Assembly: GCA_965209035.1 (NCBI GenBank)
Contig: OZ242372.1
Span: forward strand, 2,114,279-2,178,278
Reading direction: 5' to 3'
DNA: 64,000 nt
Source of the DNA: Gammaproteobacteria bacterium
Lineage (GTDB): Bacteria; Pseudomonadota; Gammaproteobacteria; CBDBNL01; JAAOII01
The notes beneath the pieces are model-generated. The model searched no databases. It worked only from the letters and a program-made list of their open reading frames with translations, and was not told the origin of the DNA. Below are positions 10,352-19,336 of this stretch, piece after piece. Numbering within the stretch: the stretch's first letter is position 1; the number at the start of each line of letters is the position of its first letter. The translations under genes and the position numbers were made by a program.

Positions 10352-11278
10352 GTGAAAGTGGTTCATATCCGGGGCGGACTTGGTAATCAATTGTTTCAGT
10401 ACGCGTTTGCTTGTTATGTGCGACAAAGAATATCCAAACGAGTGAGGCTATATTGGACGGAGTCTCCCGCCTGTCCGCGAAACCTTTGGATGAATAATCT
10501 TCCCATCACCCTGCAATTTTTGTCCGGTGCCCAGAAAAGATTTTTTTATAGAAAAAGTGTCGGGAAAAGTAAATGGTATTATCCGCTCCTTCGCCGTCAA
10601 GAATACGAAGAGGTAATAGAAGATCCGTCATTGCCTCTGGAACAGCAAGTTTATCTTAACGGGAAAAACATTTTTTATAAAGGTTATTGGCAAAGTGCGG
10701 GCATAGTAAATAGTGTGCGTGATGTTTTGCTAAGAGAATTGCAACCGTTTCCCAAACTCAGTGCGGAAAGCCAAAAACTTGCCGCTAAGATTAGTGCTTG
10801 CGGTGTGACGACGGCTGTTCATTTGCGAACCGCTTGGAAAGATGGCATGGATATTACCGATAGTAAAAAAAAAATATACTTCCAACATTCCCAAACTTCT
10901 TTGTCACGCAATTATTATGTCAATGCCATTAATCATATCAAAGATTTCTGTGGTTCAAGCACATTTTTTGTATTTGCGGATGATCCGGCTGCGGCAAAGT
11001 CGGTACTATCCGGCATAGACTTTCCGGGTGATGTGTTCTATTTGTCACATCATCAGCGTTCGGATTGGGAAGATCTGTTTCTCATGCAATTATGCCAAAA
11101 CTTTATCCTTTCTAACTCCAGTTTTTCTTGGTGGGGGCATTGGTTTTCATATGCACTAAATCCTTATCGGAAATCTTTGGTGATCATGCCGGAAAATTGG
11201 ATGGGATATGGCACGGACAGAAGTCGCAGTTTGCGATTGCAGACACATGATCAAGTACTATTAATATCCGATAGTTAA
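10352..11278 (+). CDS. alpha-1,2-fucosyltransferase, GT11 family
   Basis: GGLGNQLFQYAF, GYWQS, AVHLR, FFVFADD, DLFLMQLC, SNSSFSWWG. Confidence 0.9.
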   Translation: MKVVHIRGGLGNQLFQYAFACYVRQRISKRVRLYWTESPACPRNLWMNNLPITLQFLSGAQKRFFYRKSVGKSKWYYPLLRRQEYEEVIEDPSLPLEQQVYLNGKNIFYKGYWQSAGIVNSVRDVLLRELQPFPKLSAESQKLAAKISACGVTTAVHLRTAWKDGMDITDSKKKIYFQHSQTSLSRNYYVNAINHIKDFCGSSTFFVFADDPAAAKSVLSGIDFPGDVFYLSHHQRSDWEDLFLMQLCQNFILSNSSFSWWGHWFSYALNPYRKSLVIMPENWMGYGTDRSRSLRLQTHDQVLLISDS

Positions 11279-11288
11279 TTAAATAAAA

Positions 11289-11350
11289 ATGCAAGTTCCC
11301 CAAAGTCAGTGTTGTTATGGCGACCTATAATCGTTTTGATATTGTCTCAA
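11289..11350 (+). pseudogene. 5' remnant of the GT2 gene at 12884
   Basis: atgcaag..ccaaagtcagtgttgttatggcgacctataatcg...gatattgtctcaa versus 12884 atgcaag...ccaagatcagtgttgtgatggcgacttataaccg...gatactgtcccaa. Confidence 0.85.
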
Positions 11351-11367
11351 AAGTTTCCGAAGTCAAG
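11351..11367 (-). mobile_element. relic terminal inverted repeat of the IS1634-family element
   Basis: aagtttccgaagtcaag is the exact reverse complement of 61329-61345 (cttgacttcggaaactt), the end of the intact IS. Confidence 0.85.
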
Positions 11368-11500
11368 ATAGAAATATTCTATTTTGTGAGAAGATGCCCG
11401 TAATGCCGAGATTAACCTCTTTGATGAAAACCGGGATATACCCGGGAAAAGCGCGTATAGAAAATAAAAATGATATCTTAAGAATCAGCCTATAACGATT
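11368..11500 (+). pseudogene. internally deleted remnant of the FkbM-fusion gene 3' end
   Basis: 11368-11440 resembles 9478-9550; 11446-11530 resembles 9927-10010 (gaaaagc.c.tatagaaaataaa.a.gatatcttaagaatca). Confidence 0.82.
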
Positions 11501-11536
11501 AAAATGTATATTTTCAGATTAATATAAAAAACGAAT

Positions 11537-12661
11537 ATGAAAGCAAACAGATATCTTTGCTATGTTTCTCGTCCTCCTCGCTATAAAAAAAGTATCGCCG
11601 AACTTTTCAAGGGCAACCCAAGGCATCTTATTGAAAACTTCCGCTTAAGAAAGTTGTATTTTTTTGGCTTTAGATATCCCGGGAGATACTCATCTTTATT
11701 GATGAAATATGTAACTTTTGATGCCGGTATAGATCACCTTACATACAATTTAAAGGGCTTGTTGTTAGAGGCTTTTTATTTAAATGCGACTGCAATGATT
11801 TTTCCCATTAGGATATCGCCGGCTCATAACTTTGGTAAAACTATAAACAATTCCGTGGAAGAATACTATAACCTGTCAAAGTCTTATATCACAATAACAA
11901 GAGGAAAAAGAAAAAAATTAAGCTACATTAGTCTAAAGAACCTATCACAAATACGAGGGCGTTACCGTGTTCGTGTGTTTGATATAAAAAAGGGGGCAGT
12001 CCCAAAAGAAATTAATGAAAACACGATAATTATTCGATATTTGGATCCGGCTTATCTTACTGTGAGAGTCACTCACAGATTACAAAAGGATTATCCGGCC
12101 AAAGTTTTATATCGAAAATCCTCGGTATACCGCAAAGCGTCAGTGAACCTAAAATTTTCCGATCAGGTGGTTAGTGACGCTTGGAAAGTGTCTGCCAACC
12201 TTGGAAAATATTATTGTCTGATGTGTCGTTTTCCTTGGGATGAATACGGACCTTTTAGCATGTCCAGGTTGAAAAAATATGTCAATGATTACTATTTAAG
12301 ATACCCTCGTTATCGGCCAATGTGTGATATGATACGGCATTTTTTATCCGCGGAAGATCTTAGGCAACGGTTGTTAGAGATATTTCCGCAAGGCAGTAAG
12401 TTATACATAGCCTCCAATCTTTGGCAGCCCTACGAAGAAGAACATTTTCGTCCGTTGGCTTCTTCATTCAAGATTTACTTTAGTTATGATTTTCCTGAAA
12501 TTGCATCGATGGGTTTGCGAGAAAACCCCGATACATCAAAACTAAAACTTATTGAGAAACTTTTAGTAAAAGATAGTATTGATCATTTGGCGATAACCTA
12601 TTTACACATTAAGTTTTTTGACAAAGATTTATTTAATCGTTTTAAACTCAACGCGAACTAA
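11537..12661 (+). CDS. uncharacterised family-X protein, probable GT-B / O-fucosyltransferase-like glycosyltransferase
   Basis: 374-aa ORF homologous to 58928 and 60140 (AGIDH, HNFG, YYNLS.SY, LG.YY, PWD, IFP.GS..YI.SNLW.P, YDFPE, LKLIE); function inferred from motif order and context. Confidence 0.6.
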   Translation: MKANRYLCYVSRPPRYKKSIAELFKGNPRHLIENFRLRKLYFFGFRYPGRYSSLLMKYVTFDAGIDHLTYNLKGLLLEAFYLNATAMIFPIRISPAHNFGKTINNSVEEYYNLSKSYITITRGKRKKLSYISLKNLSQIRGRYRVRVFDIKKGAVPKEINENTIIIRYLDPAYLTVRVTHRLQKDYPAKVLYRKSSVYRKASVNLKFSDQVVSDAWKVSANLGKYYCLMCRFPWDEYGPFSMSRLKKYVNDYYLRYPRYRPMCDMIRHFLSAEDLRQRLLEIFPQGSKLYIASNLWQPYEEEHFRPLASSFKIYFSYDFPEIASMGLRENPDTSKLKLIEKLLVKDSIDHLAITYLHIKFFDKDLFNRFKLNAN

Positions 12662-12689
12662 AGAATATAAGTATTTTTGTTTAAATCAG

Positions 12690-12858
12690 TATCTCAACCC
12701 GGGCAGGTAACATGTTTATTATGATGGTTATTGGCAACACGCAAGCATAGTCAATAGTGTGCGGGTTCATAGTGATCATGCTTGAGTATTGGAATACATG
12801 GTGCGAACAGAATAATCTGCCCGCAATTGCGGATACATGATAAAGTACTACTAATATC
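12690..12858 (+). pseudogene. deleted remnant of the GT11 gene
   Basis: ggttattggcaa...gcatagtcaatagtgtgcg matches 10682-10719; gtgatcatgc...catgataaagtactactaatatc matches 11180-11268. Confidence 0.85.
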
Positions 12859-12883
12859 TCATAAATAATCGATCAAATAAAAG

Positions 12884-14005
12884 ATGCAAGAAAACCTTCC
12901 CAAGATCAGTGTTGTGATGGCGACTTATAACCGCGCGGATACTGTCCCAAGAGCAATTGAAAGTATTCTCAATCAAACTTTTAAAGATTTTGAATTCATT
13001 ATTGTCAATGATGGTTCCGCGGACGAGACACAAACTATTTTGGAGTCTTATACTCAAAGAGACCGCCGCGTTAAAATTGTTGTTCAAAAAAACGAAGGAC
13101 CGGCAAGAGCGCGAAATCACGGGGTGCAACATGCCAAAGGAAAATACATCGCCTTCATGGACGATGACGATTTGTCTTTGCCGGCGAGATTGGACGAACA
13201 ATATAAGTTATTGGAAGAACACGCCGGAATAATAGATGCCTGTGTTTGTTACTATAAAGCGGTTATTAAAGATAAAAAGAATTCGAGAGGTGATGAGACG
13301 GTCAAAAAAGAGAGGAGGCCCAATCCCGAGAAGATGAAATACTCCCAAGGGTCCTTAAAAAAATTGCCGGTTCAATTATTTTCTTTATCGCCTATGACGA
13401 TGCTCACCAGGTCTGTTTTTGTTAAGAGTGGCGGGTATAGGCCGTTTTTTGAATATGGGGAAGATTTGGATTTCACCTTGCGCTTCCGAGAAAGGTATCG
13501 TGCCGGTGTTGTTCGCGAGTGTTTGTATGAGTATACATCGCCTTTTTACAATTTTGCTAATAACATGACGACCTCATCTCGCCGCCCCCCCCTTAGAGGA
13601 ATAAAATATATTATGGCTGCCTATGTCAGTGCCTGGTATCGTAGCAACCGGGGGACAGATCCGATTAATGAAGCAAGTACTCTTGAAGATGTTATCGGTA
13701 TGAATACAATTGGTAGTATCCCCGCTGATATTCGGCGTCATATTTTTCTTAAATGCATAAAACTTGAGATGAGAGTTTTTTTCTCCGACCCACATCTTTC
13801 GTATGCATCGGTCATTACTCTTATTCGTTTTCTTCAACGCTGGGATAGAAAAAGGGCCTTACAAATTTTGTATAAAAAAAAACTAATGGTTTTTCGCAGC
13901 CTTTTGAAAAGAGGAAAAATTTTTGATGCATTCCGCTTATGTGGTTTTGGTTTGATGGAATTATTTTTACCACAGGGTGAAAAAAAACACAGTGATGCGA
14001 TATGA
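12884..14005 (+). CDS. glycosyltransferase family 2
   Basis: ISVVMATYNR, IIVNDGSAD, GPARARNHG, YIAFMDDDD, GEDLDF. Confidence 0.92.
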   Translation: MQENLPKISVVMATYNRADTVPRAIESILNQTFKDFEFIIVNDGSADETQTILESYTQRDRRVKIVVQKNEGPARARNHGVQHAKGKYIAFMDDDDLSLPARLDEQYKLLEEHAGIIDACVCYYKAVIKDKKNSRGDETVKKERRPNPEKMKYSQGSLKKLPVQLFSLSPMTMLTRSVFVKSGGYRPFFEYGEDLDFTLRFRERYRAGVVRECLYEYTSPFYNFANNMTTSSRRPPLRGIKYIMAAYVSAWYRSNRGTDPINEASTLEDVIGMNTIGSIPADIRRHIFLKCIKLEMRVFFSDPHLSYASVITLIRFLQRWDRKRALQILYKKKLMVFRSLLKRGKIFDAFRLCGFGLMELFLPQGEKKHSDAI

Positions 14006-14040
14006 ACAAGGTTTGTTATAAAAAATAGCAGTTAATCTGA

Positions 14041-15147
14041 TTGATGATGACAAAGCAAGCTGCTTCTCCACAAATTAGTGTGGTGATGCCGACTTATAAT
14101 CGTGCCGATACCGTTTCGCGAGCAATTGACAGCATACTTAATCAAACCTGCAAAGATTTTGAGTTGATTGTTGTTAATGACGGTTCCACGGACGGAACAC
14201 AAACTATTTTGGAGTCCTATGCTCAAAAAGACCCGCGTATCAAAATTGTTGTTCAAAAAAATGGAGGGTCGGCAAGAGCCCGTAATCATGGGGTGCAACA
14301 TGCCAAAGGCGAATATATTGCTTTTATGGATGATGATGACATTTCCACTCCCGAGCGTTTGGAAAAACAACTGGCTTGTCTTATGCAAGCACCTTGTTAT
14401 AAAGCATGTGTTTGTGTGACAACAAAACGAGGGGTGGTCGCACAAAGAGAAAAGAACAGAGTTCAGGGGCCGTGGCCGGTCCAAAAAGATAAGTTAAATT
14501 TCCCGCTGTTTATTTTGGACGCAACCATGTTAATAGAAAAAAAAGCATTTGAAACTTGCGGAGGATATAATCCACATTTTGTGGTGAAAGAAGATACGGA
14601 GTTTACATTGCAGTTTTTAAAAAAATATTCTGCGATTGCGCTAAAAGATAGTTTTTATATCGTCACGGATAGGGGTGATGGTAAAGATAGCAGATATTCT
14701 TTTTTGAGTTGTGTTTATCGAGTATCGGCCTATATTCATATCGATTCTACTTATAAAAGTTCGTATGCAAAAGAGGATGTATTTTCTTGGGGCACGATTT
14801 TAACAGAACTACCCAATATGTCATGCCAAAAAAGAAAACAATTATTTAAAAAATGTGTTTCCGGTAGAAAAATTAGGAATAAAATATATGAAGTATCTCC
14901 GGAAATATTGCCCGCAAGTTATATTTTTTTCTTATTTTTTCTTCGTCAATTTAGAATTTATAAAGCATTTTGGATGTTTAATAAATTGAAGTTTCTTTGT
15001 TTATTGTATTTTTGGAGGCAAAAAGATTTTAGAACATTGTCCTTGATATGGTCCTTACATTATTTTAGTGATTTTCGATGGAGTCCCCCCAATTTTATTA
15101 ATGGACCGTTCAACGAACCAATTTTTGATAAAAAGAATAAGCGTTAG
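14041..15147 (+). CDS. glycosyltransferase family 2 (tandem paralogue)
   Basis: ISVVMPTYNR, VVNDGSTD, YIAFMDDDD, KEDTEF; first ~110 aa very similar to 12884. Confidence 0.92.
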   Translation: MMMTKQAASPQISVVMPTYNRADTVSRAIDSILNQTCKDFELIVVNDGSTDGTQTILESYAQKDPRIKIVVQKNGGSARARNHGVQHAKGEYIAFMDDDDISTPERLEKQLACLMQAPCYKACVCVTTKRGVVAQREKNRVQGPWPVQKDKLNFPLFILDATMLIEKKAFETCGGYNPHFVVKEDTEFTLQFLKKYSAIALKDSFYIVTDRGDGKDSRYSFLSCVYRVSAYIHIDSTYKSSYAKEDVFSWGTILTELPNMSCQKRKQLFKKCVSGRKIRNKIYEVSPEILPASYIFFLFFLRQFRIYKAFWMFNKLKFLCLLYFWRQKDFRTLSLIWSLHYFSDFRWSPPNFINGPFNEPIFDKKNKR

Positions 15148-15189
15148 CTCTCAAATGTGACAACAAAATGTATACTGAAATTGTACCGT

Positions 15190-15550
15190 ATTGTTTCAAA
15201 CATCTGCCATATCCAAAGAGATGCAAATTTCACTTCAATTACAGAAATGAAAGATTTTTATCAAAGAGTGTCAGAATTATTGAGGGAAGGGCATCTTAAC
15301 TTGTTTTGACCTTTGAATAATTTAGTCGTCCGGAAAATCAATTTGCGCCCAATCGAAATTTTTGTATTTGGTGTGGAGAATTATTATTGCATTCCCGGAA
15401 GACCCGTTGTTTCAAAAAATAAATTGAGAGTTGGATTGCAAGGGCAGATAAAAATAAGGCCTTATTTGAGTGAGAAATATCTGCCGGCAGTGGATAAGTG
15501 CTTGCAAAATACCATGGAGCGTGTTCCCGGGTGTACCGCCTATTTAAAGA
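15190..15550 (+). pseudogene. decayed copy of the KpsS-like gene at 15743
   Basis: VENYYCIPGRPVVSKNKLRVGLQGQIKIRPYLSEK matches the C-terminus of 15743, VESCYCIPEAPIVPKNKFSFGLKKQIKIKSYPSEK; boundaries approximate. Confidence 0.8.
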
Positions 15551-15742
15551 TAAGATTTTCTTACTTTGAAATTTTTTGCCAAAACCTTTGTAAAATGAGG
15601 ATATTTGGATAGTTTTAATACAAATTAATTGCAGCTCTTCAGTGTTGTTCCATTCTACAAGTAAGCTTGTCGAGAGTTAATAAATGTATATTCTTATTAA
15701 GTCTGACACTTTTGACGGTTGCATAGAAAAATCCGGTAAAAG

Positions 15743-16990
15743 ATGAACTTCGGTCACCGCAAACTCCGCAGTGATTATGATATCTTGCTTTTTACCGGTG
15801 GTCGCTCCAATAGAATTTATCCTTATTTTCAAAAATTGGCTTCTCATAGTCGCCACAAGATAAGAGTGCTCGCTTTATGGGATTTGCCTTGGTTTTATGT
15901 TCCCAATTGGAAAAGTATTCCTTGCGGTGAACTGAGTCATCTCGTTAAACTACGCATGATTGCCACATCCGTAAAACATGGAACTTTTTATGGGAAATGG
16001 TTTATTTTGCAGAGACTAAGATTTGCGGAGGGCTGCCTCTTGTGGATTCTCTATGATAATTATCTTAGAAGACATCCTTCCAATCTCATTGGCGTATGGA
16101 ATGGGGTTGGTTTTCGTTCCAAAATTCTTGTGATGGTGGCGCATCGTCTTAAGAGACGAGTTATTTACTTTGAAAACGGTATCTTGCCAAACAGCACAAC
16201 CCTGGACGACTCAGGAGTGAATGCCCGTTGCTGTCTGCCCCAAGATGCTAATTTCTATATGAGTAGAAAAACGAGCCGGAGTTTAGTTGCCCAAAATATA
16301 ACAAATAGGCATGCGGATGTTACGCCAGATCTTCCCAAACGCTATGTGTTTATCCCGTTTCAAGGAGAGGCGGACTTTCAGTTACTTTTGCATTCCAAAT
16401 GGATCAGGACAATGAAAGAATTTTTGGCAGTGCTCCGACAAACTGTTCCTTTGCTTAAGGATGACAAGATGCAATTTGTAATTAAACGCCACCCGAAAGC
16501 CGTTATAACCAAGCATCTTGTCGATTTTTATGATCAACAAAAAAACTTAAAGAATATTTGCTTCCGTAATTCTTGCTCGACAGAAACTTTAATTCGTCAG
16601 TCTTTGGCTGTGATAACGATTAATTCTATGGTTGGCATGCAGGCAATTGCTATGGGCAAACCTGTAATTACTTTGGAAGCAGCATGCTATTCTATCCAAG
16701 GACTTGCAAGTCATGCCGGTAGCATTAAAGAACTGGCGGATATGTTGAATGCTATGCCTGATCGCAAGGACAACACGCGGCTAAGAGAGAGATTTTTGTC
16801 TTATGTGGAGAGTTGTTATTGCATCCCGGAAGCCCCGATTGTTCCAAAAAATAAGTTTTCGTTTGGATTAAAAAAACAAATAAAAATAAAATCTTATCCG
16901 AGCGAAAAACATTGGCAAGCGGTTGATGAACGCTTGGGCAAGATGATTAATGGGGCTTCTTGGTTACCGGGTGTTCCGTCTGCTTATTAG
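15743..16990 (+). CDS. capsular polysaccharide biosynthesis protein, KpsS-like (beta-Kdo transferase family)
   Basis: VWNG, FENGILP..TTLD..GVNA, YVFIPFQ, KRHP, TINSMVGMQA..GKPVITL. Confidence 0.82.
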   Translation: MNFGHRKLRSDYDILLFTGGRSNRIYPYFQKLASHSRHKIRVLALWDLPWFYVPNWKSIPCGELSHLVKLRMIATSVKHGTFYGKWFILQRLRFAEGCLLWILYDNYLRRHPSNLIGVWNGVGFRSKILVMVAHRLKRRVIYFENGILPNSTTLDDSGVNARCCLPQDANFYMSRKTSRSLVAQNITNRHADVTPDLPKRYVFIPFQGEADFQLLLHSKWIRTMKEFLAVLRQTVPLLKDDKMQFVIKRHPKAVITKHLVDFYDQQKNLKNICFRNSCSTETLIRQSLAVITINSMVGMQAIAMGKPVITLEAACYSIQGLASHAGSIKELADMLNAMPDRKDNTRLRERFLSYVESCYCIPEAPIVPKNKFSFGLKKQIKIKSYPSEKHWQAVDERLGKMINGASWLPGVPSAY

Positions 16991-17911
16991 ATGCTACTTT
17001 TTTCCTCTTTGGCATACATCCGCGGCAGGCTGGCTCCCCCGCCTAAAAAACCTTCTTTGGTGATGACAATTCTGGTGCGCAACGAAGCGGATATCATCGC
17101 GGATAATATTCTTTTTCATAGTAAGCAAGGCGTAGATGCTTTTATAGTGGGAGATAATGCATCCAATGATGGAACGCGCGAGAAGGTCGCCACATTGGCC
17201 AAAAACTTGCCAATTCAAATTGTAGATTTACCTGATGGTCAGTATCGACAAACACTTTGGCGAACACAAATGGCACATCTGGCCTACCGCCGGTTTAATG
17301 CTTGGTGGGTAATTAGTAATGATGCGGATGAGTTTTACTTTGCTCGCAGCGGAAATATTAAGCAAGAATTGAATTGGAAACTGCCGGCAATCCGCATTAA
17401 GCGTTTTAATATGCTGCGGGGTAAGGACGACGCATCTTATTATCTTAGTCGGTGGCGCGTATCTGAAACAATTCCTTATATCAATGATGTTCAAAAAGGA
17501 ACCGGCAAAATATCGTTAGTCTTGGTAAAAATAGGTCCTAAGATTATTGTGAATCCGCGCGGGTTAATTGCAGTCCGCGGTGGTAATCACAGAGCGCATC
17601 ATCTATTTTCTCGTAAAATTCCTCCAGTTGCCGAAAACATACATATATATCACTTTCCACAGCGCAGTTACGAAGAGTTTTTACGCAATGCGGAGCAAAG
17701 AGCCAAACTTCTTGCTTCTGATCCGAAGACAAGTATGGGTATGCATAATATTCGCTGGGTAAAATTACTGAAAGAAGGAAGATTAAAAGAGGAATATCAA
17801 AATCTTATTTATAGCGATGTCGAAGCCCGCATATTGGAAAGACTCGGTTTTGTAGTTGAGGATAATCGTTTTGCCGAACGCTTTGTATCTCTTGGCCTTA
17901 ATGCTTCTTAG
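16991..17911 (+). CDS. glycosyltransferase family 2-like protein
   Basis: LVRNEADII, DNASNDGTRE, WVISNDADEF, GGNH, IYHFP.RSYEEF. Confidence 0.85.
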   Translation: MLLFSSLAYIRGRLAPPPKKPSLVMTILVRNEADIIADNILFHSKQGVDAFIVGDNASNDGTREKVATLAKNLPIQIVDLPDGQYRQTLWRTQMAHLAYRRFNAWWVISNDADEFYFARSGNIKQELNWKLPAIRIKRFNMLRGKDDASYYLSRWRVSETIPYINDVQKGTGKISLVLVKIGPKIIVNPRGLIAVRGGNHRAHHLFSRKIPPVAENIHIYHFPQRSYEEFLRNAEQRAKLLASDPKTSMGMHNIRWVKLLKEGRLKEEYQNLIYSDVEARILERLGFVVEDNRFAERFVSLGLNAS

Positions 17912-17914
17912 TCT

Positions 17915-19135
17915 GTGACTAATCCCGGCCCCGTAGATTTTTTCAATACCAAACGGCCGGCTATTTTAATCTTTACACACGGCCGCTCATTGGAAATTAT
18001 TTCTTATTTGCGGGCATTAGCTGCGAATAGTCAACTTAATGTGACTGTGGCAAATTTTAACCCACTGACAACGCTTGTATCCCGGCAATTTATAGGCACA
18101 CTTATACGCACATGGAAAAAAATTCCGAAAGAGGAATTGGTCTGCCTTGTCAAGAAAAGAATTGGGGATCTTGATAGAAGGCGGAATATAAACCACCCAA
18201 TCTTGCTAAAAAAATATTATTTTCTAACCCAAATATTAAGATCCTTTATTTTGTGGATGTCGTATTTTCATTATTTACGTGTTCATCCTTATGCGATGCT
18301 TGGCGTATGGAATGGAACCAAGTTTGAAGATATTATTTTGCGTATGGTAGCAAACTACATCGGCTTGCGAATGGTCTGTTTTGAACACGGGATTTTACCC
18401 AATACAACCACTTTGGATGACCGGGGGATTAATGATTCCAATAGTTTGCCGCAAAACCCTCGATATTACCTCAAACACTCCGCCGCATCTGTGCGGCTTC
18501 CTACCGGTCTGCAGACTCGCACGGGCGGAAAAAGAGAAATAACTTCTTTCCCCTTGCCTTCGAATTATATTTTTGTCCCTTTTCAAATTAACGGGGACTC
18601 ACAAATTTTGGACCATTCGCCTTGGATTAAAAACATGCAACACTTCTTTTTTGTACTTCGCTCGGTCATGCGACAAGCTGACGATAAGAATCTGTACTGC
18701 ATCATTAAACAACATCCGCAATGCTCGCGTAATTATTCCAAACTGCATACTATCGCGAAACAGGAAAAACAGATACTGTTTTCCGATCATTCCACGGAGG
18801 AATTAATAAAGAAGGCAAAAGTGGTTGTTACGATTAATTCCACTGTGGGTATGGAGGCTCTTTTGTTTGTCCAAAAGGTCATTACACTCGGTCATACTTA
18901 CTATAATTTACCCGATTTGGTGAGGCACGCGGATACGCGAAATGAATTATTGATTGCTATCAATAACATCGCCAAATGGAGGCCAAACGAGAGATTACGA
19001 AAGGCTTTTTTGGATTACGTGTACAGGTATTATTGTATCCCGGAAGACTGGCATCATCCTTCCGCCAAACACTTTCGGGCAATCGACAGAAGGCTTGAGA
19101 AGATGCTTAAGCGGGAAACATGGTTACCCCTATAA
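17915..19135 (+). CDS. capsular polysaccharide biosynthesis protein, KpsS-like (second paralogue)
   Basis: VWNG, FEHGILPNTTTLDDRGIN, YIFVPFQ..DSQI..HSPW, KQHP, TINSTVGMEAL. Confidence 0.85.
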   Translation: MTNPGPVDFFNTKRPAILIFTHGRSLEIISYLRALAANSQLNVTVANFNPLTTLVSRQFIGTLIRTWKKIPKEELVCLVKKRIGDLDRRRNINHPILLKKYYFLTQILRSFILWMSYFHYLRVHPYAMLGVWNGTKFEDIILRMVANYIGLRMVCFEHGILPNTTTLDDRGINDSNSLPQNPRYYLKHSAASVRLPTGLQTRTGGKREITSFPLPSNYIFVPFQINGDSQILDHSPWIKNMQHFFFVLRSVMRQADDKNLYCIIKQHPQCSRNYSKLHTIAKQEKQILFSDHSTEELIKKAKVVVTINSTVGMEALLFVQKVITLGHTYYNLPDLVRHADTRNELLIAINNIAKWRPNERLRKAFLDYVYRYYCIPEDWHHPSAKHFRAIDRRLEKMLKRETWLPL

Positions 19136-19336
19136 GAGAATATGATCGTTTGTTACCCGAATATCCGGTTCGGAAGCTTATATCCGCGGGGGCATTCTCG
19201 GAAAGATTTAAAATTTAAGAACAGGGGAGGGAATATGTGGAACGAGGTCCTTGTAAAATTGTTGTAAAATATTTGTGAACCGGTTGGAAAAAACCGGATA
19301 GAGAGCACAAGCGAGGACAATAAAAAATAAGAACAA

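Larger units (their letters stand above)
9478..11350 (+). repeat. copy 1 of a decayed multi-gene tandem duplication
   Basis: Segments align by eye, in the same order, with 11368-12950: FkbM 3' part, family-X gene, GT11 gene, GT2 5' end. Confidence 0.85.
11368..12950 (+). repeat. copy 2 of the decayed multi-gene tandem duplication
   Basis: Begins immediately after the IS relic: atagaaatattctattttgtgagaagatgcccg matches 9478 atacaaatattctgttttacgagaatatgcccg. Confidence 0.85.

Noticed and set aside
19190-19225. tcggaaaga as another IS-end relic after the second KpsS-like gene
   Set aside because: Only 9 bp match, expected by chance.
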